From assembly GCA_021806605.1 (NCBI GenBank), contig JAJZQY010000003.1, positions 41,412-105,411 of the forward strand: a DNA stretch of 64,000 bases, given 5' to 3'. Origin of the DNA: Pseudomonadota bacterium. GTDB lineage: Bacteria > Pseudomonadota > Gammaproteobacteria > Burkholderiales > JABEVD01. The position numbers and the translations under genes were made by a program. Below the pieces are notes generated by a model that had not been told where the DNA came from, made no database searches, and saw nothing but the letters and a program-made list of their open reading frames with translations. Of this stretch, positions 1 to 9,818 are shown one piece after another. Each line of letters starts with the position of its first letter. Position 1 is the stretch's first letter.

Positions 1-2
1 AT

Positions 3-194
3 GCTGTCGGGCAGGCCAATGAAATCCTTCCCGATTATGCCAGGATAGGAAAATGGCTTGTCAGCGATATGCCGTTTCTGCCCGAAAACGGCCAGATGAC
101 AGCCAACGGGAGGCTGAAGCGCGATGCGATATGGCCGCTGTATCGGGAAAGAATAGAAGCGCTTTACGAGGGGGAGCATTGTGAGGTTCTATGA
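3..194 (+). CDS. AMP-dependent synthetase/ligase, C-terminal fragment (5' end outside window)
   Basis: The frame open to the window edge reads ...ILPDYARIGKWLVSDMPFLPENGQMTANGRLKRDAIWPLYRERIEALYEGEHCEVL*. This resembles the C-terminal subdomain tail of adenylate-forming enzymes (P-x-x-x-x-G-[KR]-x-x-R). Stop TGA at 192-194. Confidence 0.6.
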   Translation, partial: AVGQANEILPDYARIGKWLVSDMPFLPENGQMTANGRLKRDAIWPLYRERIEALYEGEHCEVL

Positions 195-852
195 GGAACT
201 GCTGGCCAGAACGGCCGGAGCACGCGATGAGCTTCTGAGCCTGCCGATCATCGGCGCAGGGGCGGCAGGGAGAATCTCGCTGGAAACCTATGTCGCTTTT
301 CTCACCGAAGCCTATCATCACGTCAAGCACACCCTGCCTCTCCTGATGGCCTGCGGCGCCAGGATGCCGGAGCGGCTCGAATGGCTGAGAACCGGAATGG
401 CGCAGTACGTCGGAGAAGAAATCGGGCATCATGAATGGATTCTGAACGACATCGCGGCATGCGGCAAAAATCCGGATGCTGTGAGGTGCGGGACTCCCAG
501 CCCCGAGACGGAACTCATGGTGGCGTATGCCTATGATACGATAGCGCGGGGAAATCCGGTCGGCTTTCTGGGCATGGTGCTGGTGCTGGAAGGAACCAGC
601 GTGCAGATCGCATCCCGGGCGGCCTGCGCGATCAAGGAAAGCCTGAAACTGCCGGATGCCGCGTTCAGTTACCTGACCTCCCACGGCGCGCTCGACGTTG
701 GGCACACTGCTTTTTACGAAAGGCTGGTGAACGGACTGAGCGAGCTTTCCGACAGGGAGGCCGTGGTGCATTGCGCTAGGATGTTCTACAGGCTTTACGC
801 CGATATTTTCAGGAAGCTGCAGAATGGGAGGGGAGATGGAACTGCAGGGTAG
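181..852 (+). CDS. heme-oxygenase-like diiron (iron-containing redox enzyme / CADD-PqqC-TenA-like) family protein
   Basis: 223-aa ORF with a GTG start that overlaps the upstream stop by 14 nt. Paired carboxylate/His motifs TEAYHHVKH, VGEEIGHHEW, VLEGTS and SHGALDVGH are typical of the Haem_oxygenas_2 / HDO fold. Confidence 0.75.
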   Translation: MRFYEELLARTAGARDELLSLPIIGAGAAGRISLETYVAFLTEAYHHVKHTLPLLMACGARMPERLEWLRTGMAQYVGEEIGHHEWILNDIAACGKNPDAVRCGTPSPETELMVAYAYDTIARGNPVGFLGMVLVLEGTSVQIASRAACAIKESLKLPDAAFSYLTSHGALDVGHTAFYERLVNGLSELSDREAVVHCARMFYRLYADIFRKLQNGRGDGTAG

Positions 853-1633
853 CCGGATTCTGCTCACCGGAGCGGGAAGCGGCATTGGCAGGAGCCTCGC
901 GCTCAAGCTGGCCGGCAAGGGGGCGAGCCTTGCTCTGGTTGGCAGGAACGAAGCCAGGCTGCAAGAGCTGGCCAGCGAAATCCGGAAAAATGACGGCAAG
1001 GCTTATCCTGTCGTTTTCGACATTTCGCGCGCGGATGGGCAGGGGGAGGTCGTCGACGAGGCAATCCGCAATCTCGGCGGCATAGACATCCTGGTCAACA
1101 ATGCGGGAGTCATGAGTTTTTGCGAGTTCTCGATCCAGAATCCCCAGGACATCGAAAACCTCGTCAAGACCAATGTCACGGGGCCAATGCTGCTCGCTCG
1201 CGCAGTGCTGCCGCATCTTTTGAGCCGAAACAGCGGAAAGATCGTCAATGTGGGATCGACTTTCGGCGCCATCGGATTCGGGCACTTTTCGGTCTATTCT
1301 GCGACCAAGTTCGCGATGCGCGGGTTTTCGGAAGCGCTGAGGCGGGAACTTGATCATACCTGCATCGGCGTGACTTATGTCGCACCCAGGGCGACCAAGA
1401 CTTCCCTCAATACCGATGCCGTGGTGGCATTGAACCTGGAAACGGGAATCGCCATGGACGAGCCGGAGGATGTCGCAGCGGCGATTGCCACAGCGATCGA
1501 GAAGGATGCCGGGGAATGTTACATCGGCTGGCCGGAGAGATTTTTTGCGAGGCTCAACGGGCTTTTTCCGCGCCTTGTCGACAATGCATTGAAAAGGAAC
1601 AACAGAATTGCAAGGGGATTGTTGAAACGTTAA
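824..1633 (+). CDS. SDR family oxidoreductase
   Basis: Carries TGAGSGIGRSLA (Rossmann), NNAGV and YSATKFAMRG (Y-x-x-x-K). Overlaps the upstream gene. An alternative ATG at 836 sits just behind GGAGGGGAG. Confidence 0.9.
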   Translation: MGGEMELQGSRILLTGAGSGIGRSLALKLAGKGASLALVGRNEARLQELASEIRKNDGKAYPVVFDISRADGQGEVVDEAIRNLGGIDILVNNAGVMSFCEFSIQNPQDIENLVKTNVTGPMLLARAVLPHLLSRNSGKIVNVGSTFGAIGFGHFSVYSATKFAMRGFSEALRRELDHTCIGVTYVAPRATKTSLNTDAVVALNLETGIAMDEPEDVAAAIATAIEKDAGECYIGWPERFFARLNGLFPRLVDNALKRNNRIARGLLKR

Positions 1634-1656
1634 CTTTGGATTGAGGAAGCAGCGAA

Positions 1657-2298
1657 ATGAAGCGTCTGAAATTTGCACTTTTGTTTGCAGCGGCTGCTGC
1701 AGTGAATGCCCATGCGGATCAGGGGCTCGATGAGGCAATCGTGCGGTTGCAGCACGAATGGGCCATAGTCAATTACAAAACGCCCGAAGACAGGCGGGAA
1801 TCGGCTTTCGAAACGCTCGCAGGAATGGCGCAGGATGTTTCGCAGCGTTACCCTCAAAATGCCGAGCCGCTGGTTTGGCAGGCGATCGTGCTGGCCTCCG
1901 AAGCCAAGGTGAAGGGCGGTTTCAGTGCGCTCGGGCTTGCCAAGGATGCGAGGAATCTGCTGCTTGCTGCGGAAAAAATCAATCCCAATGCGTTGGATGG
2001 CTCCATTTACACTACCCTCGGCTCGCTCTATTATAAGGTGCCGGGCTGGCCGATCGGTTTCGGGGACCACAAGAAGGCCAAGGAATACCTGGAAAAGGCC
2101 CTGAAGATGAATCCGGGCGGAATAGATGCCAATTATTTCTACGGGGATCTGATGCTAACCGACGGCAATTACGCTGCCGCGATCAGCTACCTCAAGAAAG
2201 CGCTGGCGGCTCCTCCCAGGCCGGGGCGCGAAGTGGCGGATGCCGGGCGCAGGGCAGAGATTCAGACCGATTTGAAGAAAGCGGAAGAAAGCAGATGA
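1657..2298 (+). CDS. secreted TPR-like repeat protein
   Basis: Signal peptide MKRLKFALLFAAAAAVNAHA, followed by helical TPR-like repeats (AKEYLEKALKMNP, AAISYLKKALAAP). Confidence 0.75.
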   Translation: MKRLKFALLFAAAAAVNAHADQGLDEAIVRLQHEWAIVNYKTPEDRRESAFETLAGMAQDVSQRYPQNAEPLVWQAIVLASEAKVKGGFSALGLAKDARNLLLAAEKINPNALDGSIYTTLGSLYYKVPGWPIGFGDHKKAKEYLEKALKMNPGGIDANYFYGDLMLTDGNYAAAISYLKKALAAPPRPGREVADAGRRAEIQTDLKKAEESR

Positions 2299-2302
2299 TC
2301 CC

Positions 2303-2962
2303 ATGAGAATTCTCCTGGTCGAAGACGATGAGGCTTTGGGCGACGGCGTCAGGGAGGGACTCGTCCAGGAGCGCTTCACGGTGGACTGGGTCAAGGACGG
2401 CAAGGAGGCGCTGTCCGCCCTGGAAACGGAAGGTTACGGACTGATGATTCTGGATCTGGGCCTTCCCAGGCTTTCCGGAATAGATCTGCTGAAGCTGATC
2501 AGGAGCCGCGGAATGGCGCTTCCGGTGATCATTCTGACAGCCCGCGACACGGTCGCCGACAGGATACTGGGACTCGATTGCGGCGCGGACGATTATGTCA
2601 TCAAGCCTTTCGACCTCGACGAGTTGGCGGCGCGAATCCGCGCATTGACGAGACGGAAGATGGGGCGCGCTGAGCCCCTCCTCGTGCACGAGAACATCAC
2701 ACTCGACCCCGCTGCGCACAAAGTGACGCTCGATGACGAGGAAGTCGCTCTTTCTCCGAGAGAATTCGCTGTGCTGCGGGAATTGCTTGAGAATTCAGGC
2801 ATCGTGCTTTCCCGTGACCGCCTGGAGCAAAGCCTGTACGGCTGGAACGAGGAAGTCGAAAGCAATGCCCTCGAAGTGCATATCCACCATCTCAGAAGGA
2901 AGCTTGGCGCCAAGCTGATCAAAACCATCAGGGGCGTGGGTTATGTCATTCAAAAGGATTGA
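2303..2962 (+). CDS. OmpR-family response regulator (QseB/PmrA-like)
   Basis: Receiver domain (MRILLVEDD...LDLGLP) plus a winged-helix output (LSPREFAVLRELL...IKTIRGVGYVI). Confidence 0.93.
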   Translation: MRILLVEDDEALGDGVREGLVQERFTVDWVKDGKEALSALETEGYGLMILDLGLPRLSGIDLLKLIRSRGMALPVIILTARDTVADRILGLDCGADDYVIKPFDLDELAARIRALTRRKMGRAEPLLVHENITLDPAAHKVTLDDEEVALSPREFAVLRELLENSGIVLSRDRLEQSLYGWNEEVESNALEVHIHHLRRKLGAKLIKTIRGVGYVIQKD

Positions 2963-4368
2963 GGGTGCCTGAAAGCTTTTCCGTTTCGACCTGGCTGAAA
3001 TGGGTCGATGCATTCCATCTCTCCTTCACCGGAAATTCGCTCAGGGGGCGGCTCCTCAGACTGCTGCTTTCTTCCAGCGGATTGTTTCTGCTGATCGTTT
3101 CCCTGCTCGCCTACGTCAATTCGCATCATGAGGCTGACGAGCTTTTCGATGCCCAGCTTGCGGAATCCGCCAGGGTGCTGCTGGATCAGGCGAGCACCGG
3201 GATTTCAGAACGCCCGAGCGTCGTCTCCGACAGCGACCACCCCACGCTCGAATACGAAAGAAAGATCGCGTTCCAGATCAGGGACAGGGAAGGCAATCTT
3301 CTGCTGCGTTCAGCAACTACCCCCGAGCGCAGTCTGTCCGAGCATTCGGAAGGCTTCAGCAACAGCCTCATCGAAGGGAAAAAATGGCGGGTATTTTCCC
3401 ACTGGAATAGAGACCACACCCTGCAGATACAGGTAGGACAGCTGCACGAGATTCGCAACGAATTGGCCGGCAAGATTGCGCTCAGCCTGCTCGTTCCTTT
3501 TCTGTTGGCGATACCCCTTGTTGCCCCGTTGATCTGGTTCAGCATCGAGCGCGGCTTGAAGCCGGTCAACTGGGTGTCCGACGAAGTGAAGCAGCGCGCC
3601 GTGGAAAACCTCAAACCCATCGTCATTACCGATGTTCCCGAGGAGGTGCGTCCCCTCATCGACTCGATCAATACCTTGCTTTCCAGGCTCGAATATTCAT
3701 TCGAGAACGAGCGACGCTTCACGGCGGATGCTGCGCATGAACTGCGCACGCCGCTCGCCGCACTCAAGACTCAGGCGCAAGTGGCCTTGCGGGCGAGCGA
3801 AACCGGGCAGAGGAAGAAAGCGCTGGAACAGGTGATATCGGGTGTCGACCGGGCAACCCATCTTGTGCAACAATTGCTGACATTGGCCCGGCTTGATCCC
3901 CAGTTTGCCAGGGTCGAGAATTCGAAGTTCGTTCTTCACCAGGTGATTGTCCGGGTGCTGAGCGACCTCGCTGCCGAGGCGCTTGCGAAGAAAATCGAAC
4001 TCACCTTCGAGGAGGATTGCGGTGCGCTGGTGAAAGGCGATGCCGAAATGGTCGGCATCCTGGCGAGCAATCTGGTGAGAAATGCGATCCGGTATACTCC
4101 GGAGCATGGGAAGGTTGAAGTTCGCATCGGGGAGGATGACGATGCGGTCTGGCTGCATGTCATCGACAACGGGCCGGGCATCGATCCCGAAGAGAGAAGC
4201 CATGTTTTCGAACGCTTTTACCGCACCCTCGGCAACAGGGTGAGCGGAAGCGGCTTGGGTCTTTCCATCGTAAAGCGCATTGCCGATTTGCATCATGCGC
4301 GAGTAGAACTCGATTCGGGTGAAAATGGCGGGGGACTCTGGGTCAGGGTAAGATTCCCCAAACGCTGA
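2959..4368 (+). CDS. sensor histidine kinase (QseC/PmrB-like)
   Basis: Two TM segments, H-box AAHELRTPLAAL, N/G boxes RNAIRYTP, DNGPGI and GSGLGLSIV. The TTG start overlaps the response-regulator stop by 4 nt. Confidence 0.92.
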   Translation: MRVPESFSVSTWLKWVDAFHLSFTGNSLRGRLLRLLLSSSGLFLLIVSLLAYVNSHHEADELFDAQLAESARVLLDQASTGISERPSVVSDSDHPTLEYERKIAFQIRDREGNLLLRSATTPERSLSEHSEGFSNSLIEGKKWRVFSHWNRDHTLQIQVGQLHEIRNELAGKIALSLLVPFLLAIPLVAPLIWFSIERGLKPVNWVSDEVKQRAVENLKPIVITDVPEEVRPLIDSINTLLSRLEYSFENERRFTADAAHELRTPLAALKTQAQVALRASETGQRKKALEQVISGVDRATHLVQQLLTLARLDPQFARVENSKFVLHQVIVRVLSDLAAEALAKKIELTFEEDCGALVKGDAEMVGILASNLVRNAIRYTPEHGKVEVRIGEDDDAVWLHVIDNGPGIDPEERSHVFERFYRTLGNRVSGSGLGLSIVKRIADLHHARVELDSGENGGGLWVRVRFPKR

Positions 4369-4384
4369 TCGGAAAGGAGAAGGT

Positions 4385-5644
4385 TTGACGCTTTTGCCCG
4401 AAAATCTGGCTCTCGTGCTGGGTCTGTCCTTCTTCTTCGGACTCGCCTTCGAGGAGTTCTATGTCAGGAGCCCGAAAAAACGTCCGGGCGGAGTCAGAAC
4501 GTTCCCCCTGCTCGCAGTGTCCGGAGCAGGACTTTACCTGCTTGAGCCGGTGCATGCCGCAGCATTTTGCACGGGACTTTTGGTGCTGGGCGTGTGGCTT
4601 TATGCTTATTACCATGCGAGATGGACCGAAGGGGCGCCTGCCGCGGAGCCCGGAGGCGGGCTGATCATTCCGGTCAGCAATCTGATCGCCTATCTGCTGG
4701 GCCCGATTTCGCTGACTCAGCCGCACTGGGTCGCGGTTTCCTTTGCAGTCGGCGCGGTGCTGCTGCTGGGCGCGCGGGAAAGCCTGCATCGCCTCGCCCA
4801 AAAGCTGCCGGCAGAGGAAATCATGACCGGCGGGAAATTTCTCGTCCTGACAGGCATCATTCTGCCCCTGCTGCCGAACCATCCCGTCACGAAACTGAGC
4901 GCGATCACGCCCCACCAGGTGTGGCTTGCCGTGGTGGTGGTCTCCACGCTGTCCTATGCCAGCTACATGATCCGGCGCTATATTTCCCCGGAAAAGGGGC
5001 TGCTTGCAGCTTCGGTGCTGGGAGGATTGTATTCATCCACAGCAACCACGGTCGTCCTGGCGAAGCAGGGAAAGGAAGGCGCTTTTGCGAAGCCGGGAAT
5101 TCTCTCGGGGATCGTACTTGCCACTGCCCTGATGTATCTGAGGCTGGGTGTCGTGGTGGCGGTGTTCAACCTTCCCCTTGCGATTGCGCTGTTGCCCTAT
5201 CTTCTGGGGCTCTTCTTGCTGGGACTGCTCCTCGCCTGGGGCTGCAACCGCAGAAAGGAGACGGGGGGGCAGGGAAGCGCGCTTGCCATGCAGGCAAATC
5301 CCCTGGAATTGAGCGCGGCGCTGCTTTTTGCTTTCCTGTTCGTGGCGATTTCACTGGCTTCCACCTGGGTCAGCACGGAATTCGGAAAGACCGGAATCTA
5401 CTGGCTGGCAAGCGTTGTCGGGATCACCGACATCGATCCTTTCGTGCTGAGCCTTGCGCAGGGTGGAGCTGGCGGGCTGGGATTGCAGGCCATGGAAGCC
5501 GCGATCCTGATCGCGGCTTCCTCAAACAATATCCTGAAGGCGGCTTATGCGGCGATATTCCTCGGGTTTCGCGGGAGTCTCGCTGCAACGGCCTCCCTCG
5601 TCCTGCTTTCCCTGGCAGGGATCATTCTGGCCTTCCTGCCCTAA
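4385..5644 (+). CDS. MgtC/SapB family membrane protein with DUF4010 domain
   Basis: Polytopic membrane protein with [13 protein letters not shown], typical of DUF4010. TTG start behind AAGGAGAAGG. Confidence 0.85.
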   Translation: MTLLPENLALVLGLSFFFGLAFEEFYVRSPKKRPGGVRTFPLLAVSGAGLYLLEPVHAAAFCTGLLVLGVWLYAYYHARWTEGAPAAEPGGGLIIPVSNLIAYLLGPISLTQPHWVAVSFAVGAVLLLGARESLHRLAQKLPAEEIMTGGKFLVLTGIILPLLPNHPVTKLSAITPHQVWLAVVVVSTLSYASYMIRRYISPEKGLLAASVLGGLYSSTATTVVLAKQGKEGAFAKPGILSGIVLATALMYLRLGVVVAVFNLPLAIALLPYLLGLFLLGLLLAWGCNRRKETGGQGSALAMQANPLELSAALLFAFLFVAISLASTWVSTEFGKTGIYWLASVVGITDIDPFVLSLAQGGAGGLGLQAMEAAILIAASSNNILKAAYAAIFLGFRGSLAATASLVLLSLAGIILAFLP

Positions 5645-7710
5645 CCCTGCTTCACTTCGAAGTGCTGCACCATGGCCTGCAGTTCCGCTGCCGTTTTGGT
5701 GAGCTGGATGGACGCCTGCTTCGCCTCTTCGCTGAGCTTGGTGTTGTCCTCGACGAGGCTGGTGATATGTTCCAGGCTCCTGGCGACTTCCTCGCTTGCC
5801 AGGGACTGTTCCTTCGAGGCGGTGGCAATGTGCTGCGCGCCTTCCGTCACCTGATTGCTCACCTCCAGGATTTGCTTCAGCCCTTCGGTATTGGCATGGC
5901 TGAGTTCGATATTCTTGCCGACTTCGGTGACTGCCTCATCCATTGAGGACACCACGGTCTGGGTCACCTGGTAGATGTTCTGGACCATTTCGCTGATGTC
6001 TACCGTACTCGATGTCGTCCTTTCGGCAAGTTTCCTGACTTCGTCGGCGACGACCGCAAAGCCTCTGCCCTGCTCCCCTGCCCTGGCAGCTTCGATGGCC
6101 GCATTCAGCGCAAGCAGGTTAGTCTGATCGGCGATTTCCTTGATGACCTTGGTGATGTCTCCGATTTTTTGTATCGCGTCCTTGAGGTCAACAATGGTCT
6201 TGCTCGAAGATTGCACGGCTTCGACGACGCGGGTGGTGGCCGCAAGGCTCTCTTCCATCCTCTTGTTGTTGTCCTCGATGATTCTTTGCGAATCGACTGC
6301 GGCGGAAGCCGAGTTGTTCGCAGCATTGGCGACTTCGGAAACGGATTGGCTGAGTTCCTCCATCGTGCTTGCAATTTGCTGCACATGGTCCTGCTGGGCC
6401 TTGGAATGCTCGGCGACCTGTACGACCTGGGAATTGAGGCTGCTGCAGCGGTCCTCGATCAGGGAGGCCGCGAGCCCCATTTCATCCAGCATCACCTGAA
6501 TATGCGCCTGCATGGTCTGGATCGCGCAAAGCAGGTCGCCCATTTCGTCCCTGCCCGAAATGTCGATGTCCGCGCCGAGATCGCCCTGAATGATTTTCTC
6601 GAACTGGCCCATCGCCTGGTTTATCGGACGCTTGACGAAAATATCGACGCAGCGACCGATGAAGAAGAAGAGGAAGATCTGGAGGATGATCTGGCCGATA
6701 GTCAGTTTGACCTGGATGTCGTGCAACTGGGCGAAGTCGGAGCTCAGATCGATCAGGATATCGGAGGCGCCGTTGACGCTCCCTACCTGGACCATGTGGC
6801 ATTTGAGGCAGTCGGTATGGTGAAAGTTGTGGCTGACGATGTAGGGGGTGACCGCCCTGAAAATGGGGGCTCCGGAAGGATCCATCGACAATGAGTAAAT
6901 GGGCTTCTTGGACTCGATGGCCTGCTTCTCGACGTCGTCCTTGACATGCTCCTCGGGCAGTCCTGGGCCGAACTGGTCGACCACTTGCTTTGCGCGCACG
7001 ATCCGAGCCGATTTGATGCCGCCGCTCGATTCGAGCTTCTCGATCAGGAGCTTCCGGTTGTCCGGGTCGCTGATCGTTCCGGTTTCCATCAGCATGTTGA
7101 AGCTGTCTATGGTTTCATTGGCGACCTGTTCCGCCTTTTCTTTGGCCGAGGACAGGGTTTTTTCCTTGAAATTGTGGGAAATCCAGAGCTGGGAGGAGAG
7201 CAGAACGGCAAGCAGCAGGCCCTGGATGACAATCTGGAGCTTGGTCTTGAGCTTCAGATTTCTGAATCTGTATTTGTCGAATCTCGAGCCGATTTGCGCG
7301 CCGGATTCGTTGAGCTTCTTGTAAAGCGCATCGGCCCCCTCGATTTCCGCCCGGGTGGGGGCATTCCTCACCGACATGTAGCCGACTATCTGGTTGTTTT
7401 CCTTGATTGGAACCACCAGCGCCTTGACCCAGTAATGATCCCCGTTCTTGCAGCGGTTCTTGACGATGCCACGCCAGGGCTTGCCCTCTTTCAGCGTGTC
7501 CCAAAGCCATTTGAAGGCCTGGGGCGGCATGTCCGGGTGGCGCACGACATTGTGATTCTTCCCGACCAGCTCTTCCCTGGCGAATCCGCTCATTTCCACG
7601 AATGCGTCGTTGGCATAGGTGGTGATGCCCTTCAGATCCGTTTTGGAGACCAACCTGAATTTTTCTGGAAAAGCCTTTTCAATCTGGGTGACGGGGAAAT
7701 TCTTTTTCAT
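5641..7710 (-). CDS. methyl-accepting chemotaxis protein with N-terminal PAS and periplasmic CxxCH (heme-c-like) domain
   Basis: Residues 1-130 form a PAS domain ([39 protein letters not shown]). TM helices lie near residues 155-178 and 325-345, flanking a roughly 150-aa loop that contains CLKCH (nt 6796-6810). HAMP follows, then an MCP signalling domain ([32 protein letters not shown]). Confidence 0.93.
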   Translation of the reverse strand: MKKNFPVTQIEKAFPEKFRLVSKTDLKGITTYANDAFVEMSGFAREELVGKNHNVVRHPDMPPQAFKWLWDTLKEGKPWRGIVKNRCKNGDHYWVKALVVPIKENNQIVGYMSVRNAPTRAEIEGADALYKKLNESGAQIGSRFDKYRFRNLKLKTKLQIVIQGLLLAVLLSSQLWISHNFKEKTLSSAKEKAEQVANETIDSFNMLMETGTISDPDNRKLLIEKLESSGGIKSARIVRAKQVVDQFGPGLPEEHVKDDVEKQAIESKKPIYSLSMDPSGAPIFRAVTPYIVSHNFHHTDCLKCHMVQVGSVNGASDILIDLSSDFAQLHDIQVKLTIGQIILQIFLFFFIGRCVDIFVKRPINQAMGQFEKIIQGDLGADIDISGRDEMGDLLCAIQTMQAHIQVMLDEMGLAASLIEDRCSSLNSQVVQVAEHSKAQQDHVQQIASTMEELSQSVSEVANAANNSASAAVDSQRIIEDNNKRMEESLAATTRVVEAVQSSSKTIVDLKDAIQKIGDITKVIKEIADQTNLLALNAAIEAARAGEQGRGFAVVADEVRKLAERTTSSTVDISEMVQNIYQVTQTVVSSMDEAVTEVGKNIELSHANTEGLKQILEVSNQVTEGAQHIATASKEQSLASEEVARSLEHITSLVEDNTKLSEEAKQASIQLTKTAAELQAMVQHFEVKQG

Positions 7711-7866
7711 GGGGCGACCTCCCGGACCATGCCGTTTGCTGGAATAATTTTTTATCGGAAAAAGTCCCCGGTTCTTTAGAGGAAATTATCCTTGGAATAT
7801 ATTTTTAGCGATGATCCTGGGATAAAATCTGGAATTTGTCAAGAATGATTCCTAATATGAGAAAGA

Positions 7867-9195
7867 ATGCGTATGAAACCTGAACTTCTGCTTCCTGCCG
7901 GCAGCCTCGCGAAAATGCGCGCGGCATTCTCTTTCGGGGCGGATGCAGTCTATGCGGGACAGCCGAGATATTCCCTGAGAGCGAGAAACAACGAATTCGG
8001 AATCGACGAGCTTCGGAAGGGCATCCTGGAAGCCCGGGGTTCGGGCAAGAAATTCTATGTCGCGAGCAATCTGATGCCGCACAATGCCAAAGTCAAGACT
8101 TATCTGGCCGACATGGCGGATGTGGTCGAAATGAAACCCGATGCGCTCATCATGGCTGATCCGGGACTCATCATGATGGTGAGGGAGAAATGGCCGGAAA
8201 TGCCGGTCCATCTTTCCGTTCAGGCCAATACGGTGAATTATGCTTCGGTCAGGTTCTGGGAGAAAATGGGGCTCTCCCGTGTCATCCTTTCGCGCGAATT
8301 GTCTTTGGATGAGATCGCGGAAATCAGGCAGCTTTGCCCGGATATGGAACTCGAGGTGTTCGTGCACGGCGCGCTTTGCATCGCCTATTCCGGGAGATGC
8401 CTGCTTTCAGGCTATTTCAACCACCGCGATCCCAACCAGGGAACCTGCACCAATTCCTGCAGGTGGGACTATCGGGTCGAGTCCGCTCTTGACGACGAGG
8501 GCAGCGGGATAAGGAAAATCGATTTCGATTTCGGAAAGGCGATGCAGGCCGATTGCGGACAGCAGGCGCGCCACCCGCTGGCAGATCAGGTCTATCTGAT
8601 CGAGGAATCGAAACGCCCTGGAGAACTGATGCCGATCTTCGAAGACGAACACGGCACCTACATCATGAATTCCAAGGATCTCAGGGCGGTCGAGCATGTG
8701 GGCAGGCTGGCCGAAATCGGCATCGATTCGCTGAAAGTGGAAGGGCGCACCAAGTCGCTCTATTATGTAGCGAGAACCGCTCAAATTTACAGGCGGGCGA
8801 TAGACGATGCAATGGCCGGCAGACCGTTCGACCCGTCGCTGCTCGCCGAGCTGGAGGGGCTGGCAAATCGCGGCTATACGGACGGATTCTACGAGCGCCA
8901 CCATACGCAGGAATACCAGAATTACATGCGCGGTCATTCTGAATCTTCTCGCAGCCTTTATGTGGGGGATGTTTGCTGCATCGATTCCGGGATGGCGGAA
9001 ATATCGGTCAAGAATCAGTTCCGGGTTGGCGACAGGCTCGAAATCATTCATCCCTCCGGCAACAGGGTGCTGGAACTGGAATGCATGCAGGATGTCCAAG
9101 GGAAAGCGATCGAGGTGGCCCCGGGCAATGGGCATCGCGTCAGGATCCCGCTCGAACAGGGGCTGGAGAATGCGCTGGTTGCGAAGTTTCTGTGA
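7867..9195 (+). CDS. yegQ: U32 family peptidase-like tRNA hydroxylation protein YegQ/TrhP
   Basis: Nearly collinear with E. coli YegQ as I recall it: KPELL.PAG, GADAVYAGQPRYSLRARNNEF, HGALCIAYSGRCLLSGY, NQGTCTNSCRW, FEDEHGTYIMNSKDLRA. Confidence 0.92.
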   Translation: MRMKPELLLPAGSLAKMRAAFSFGADAVYAGQPRYSLRARNNEFGIDELRKGILEARGSGKKFYVASNLMPHNAKVKTYLADMADVVEMKPDALIMADPGLIMMVREKWPEMPVHLSVQANTVNYASVRFWEKMGLSRVILSRELSLDEIAEIRQLCPDMELEVFVHGALCIAYSGRCLLSGYFNHRDPNQGTCTNSCRWDYRVESALDDEGSGIRKIDFDFGKAMQADCGQQARHPLADQVYLIEESKRPGELMPIFEDEHGTYIMNSKDLRAVEHVGRLAEIGIDSLKVEGRTKSLYYVARTAQIYRRAIDDAMAGRPFDPSLLAELEGLANRGYTDGFYERHHTQEYQNYMRGHSESSRSLYVGDVCCIDSGMAEISVKNQFRVGDRLEIIHPSGNRVLELECMQDVQGKAIEVAPGNGHRVRIPLEQGLENALVAKFL

Positions 9196-9296
9196 GATTC
9201 ACGAACAGGTAATAAAAAAGGATTACGCTAATAGGGTTATTCCTCGCGCTGGAAATTGTGCTAGGATGTTCATAAGACTTTCTTAATATATTGACC

Positions 9297-9818
9297 ATGT
9301 CCGAAGAAAATACCATCAAAGACGGCGCGAACCTTTCGAGACGCGAATTTCTCGGGACGGTGACCGCGGGGGTTGCGGCGGCCGGAGTCGCTGCGGCATG
9401 CGTGCCTTTCGTCAGCAGCATGAATCCTTCGTCGGATGTGCTTGCCAAGGCGACCACCGAAATCGACCTTTCAGGCATCGCTCCGGGAGAGGAGAAGACT
9501 TTCCCGTGGCAGGGCAAGCCGGTTTTCGTGGTGCACAGGACGCCGGAAGAGATTGCCGCCATGGCGGCATCGAAGGGCGGCAAGGATCCGGAGCCCGATG
9601 CCAAGCGTGTGCAGAAGCCGGAATGGCTGGTGGTGATAGGCATCTGCACCCATCTGGGCTGTGTCCCCAACAAAACCGAGAGCGGCTGGCTTTGTCCCTG
9701 TCATGGCAGCGTCTATGACAACAGCGGCAGGATCATTTCCGGGCCTGCGCCGAGAAATCTGGACTTGCCCCCGTACCATTTCGTAGCCGAAAACAAGATA
9801 TTGATCGGAAAAGCGTGA
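9297..9818 (+). CDS. petA: ubiquinol-cytochrome c reductase iron-sulfur (Rieske) subunit
   Basis: Tat-type N-terminus (SRREFLGTV) and Rieske boxes CTHLGC and CPCHGS. An in-frame TTG at 9291 is an alternative start. Confidence 0.9.
   Translation: MSEENTIKDGANLSRREFLGTVTAGVAAAGVAAACVPFVSSMNPSSDVLAKATTEIDLSGIAPGEEKTFPWQGKPVFVVHRTPEEIAAMAASKGGKDPEPDAKRVQKPEWLVVIGICTHLGCVPNKTESGWLCPCHGSVYDNSGRIISGPAPRNLDLPPYHFVAENKILIGKA

Noticed and set aside
4567-5946. 459-aa plus-strand ORF overlapping the MgtC/DUF4010 gene and the MCP 3' end
   Set aside because: It is out of frame with a convincing polytopic membrane protein and antisense to the MCP. Its composition is Arg/Gly/Pro-rich.
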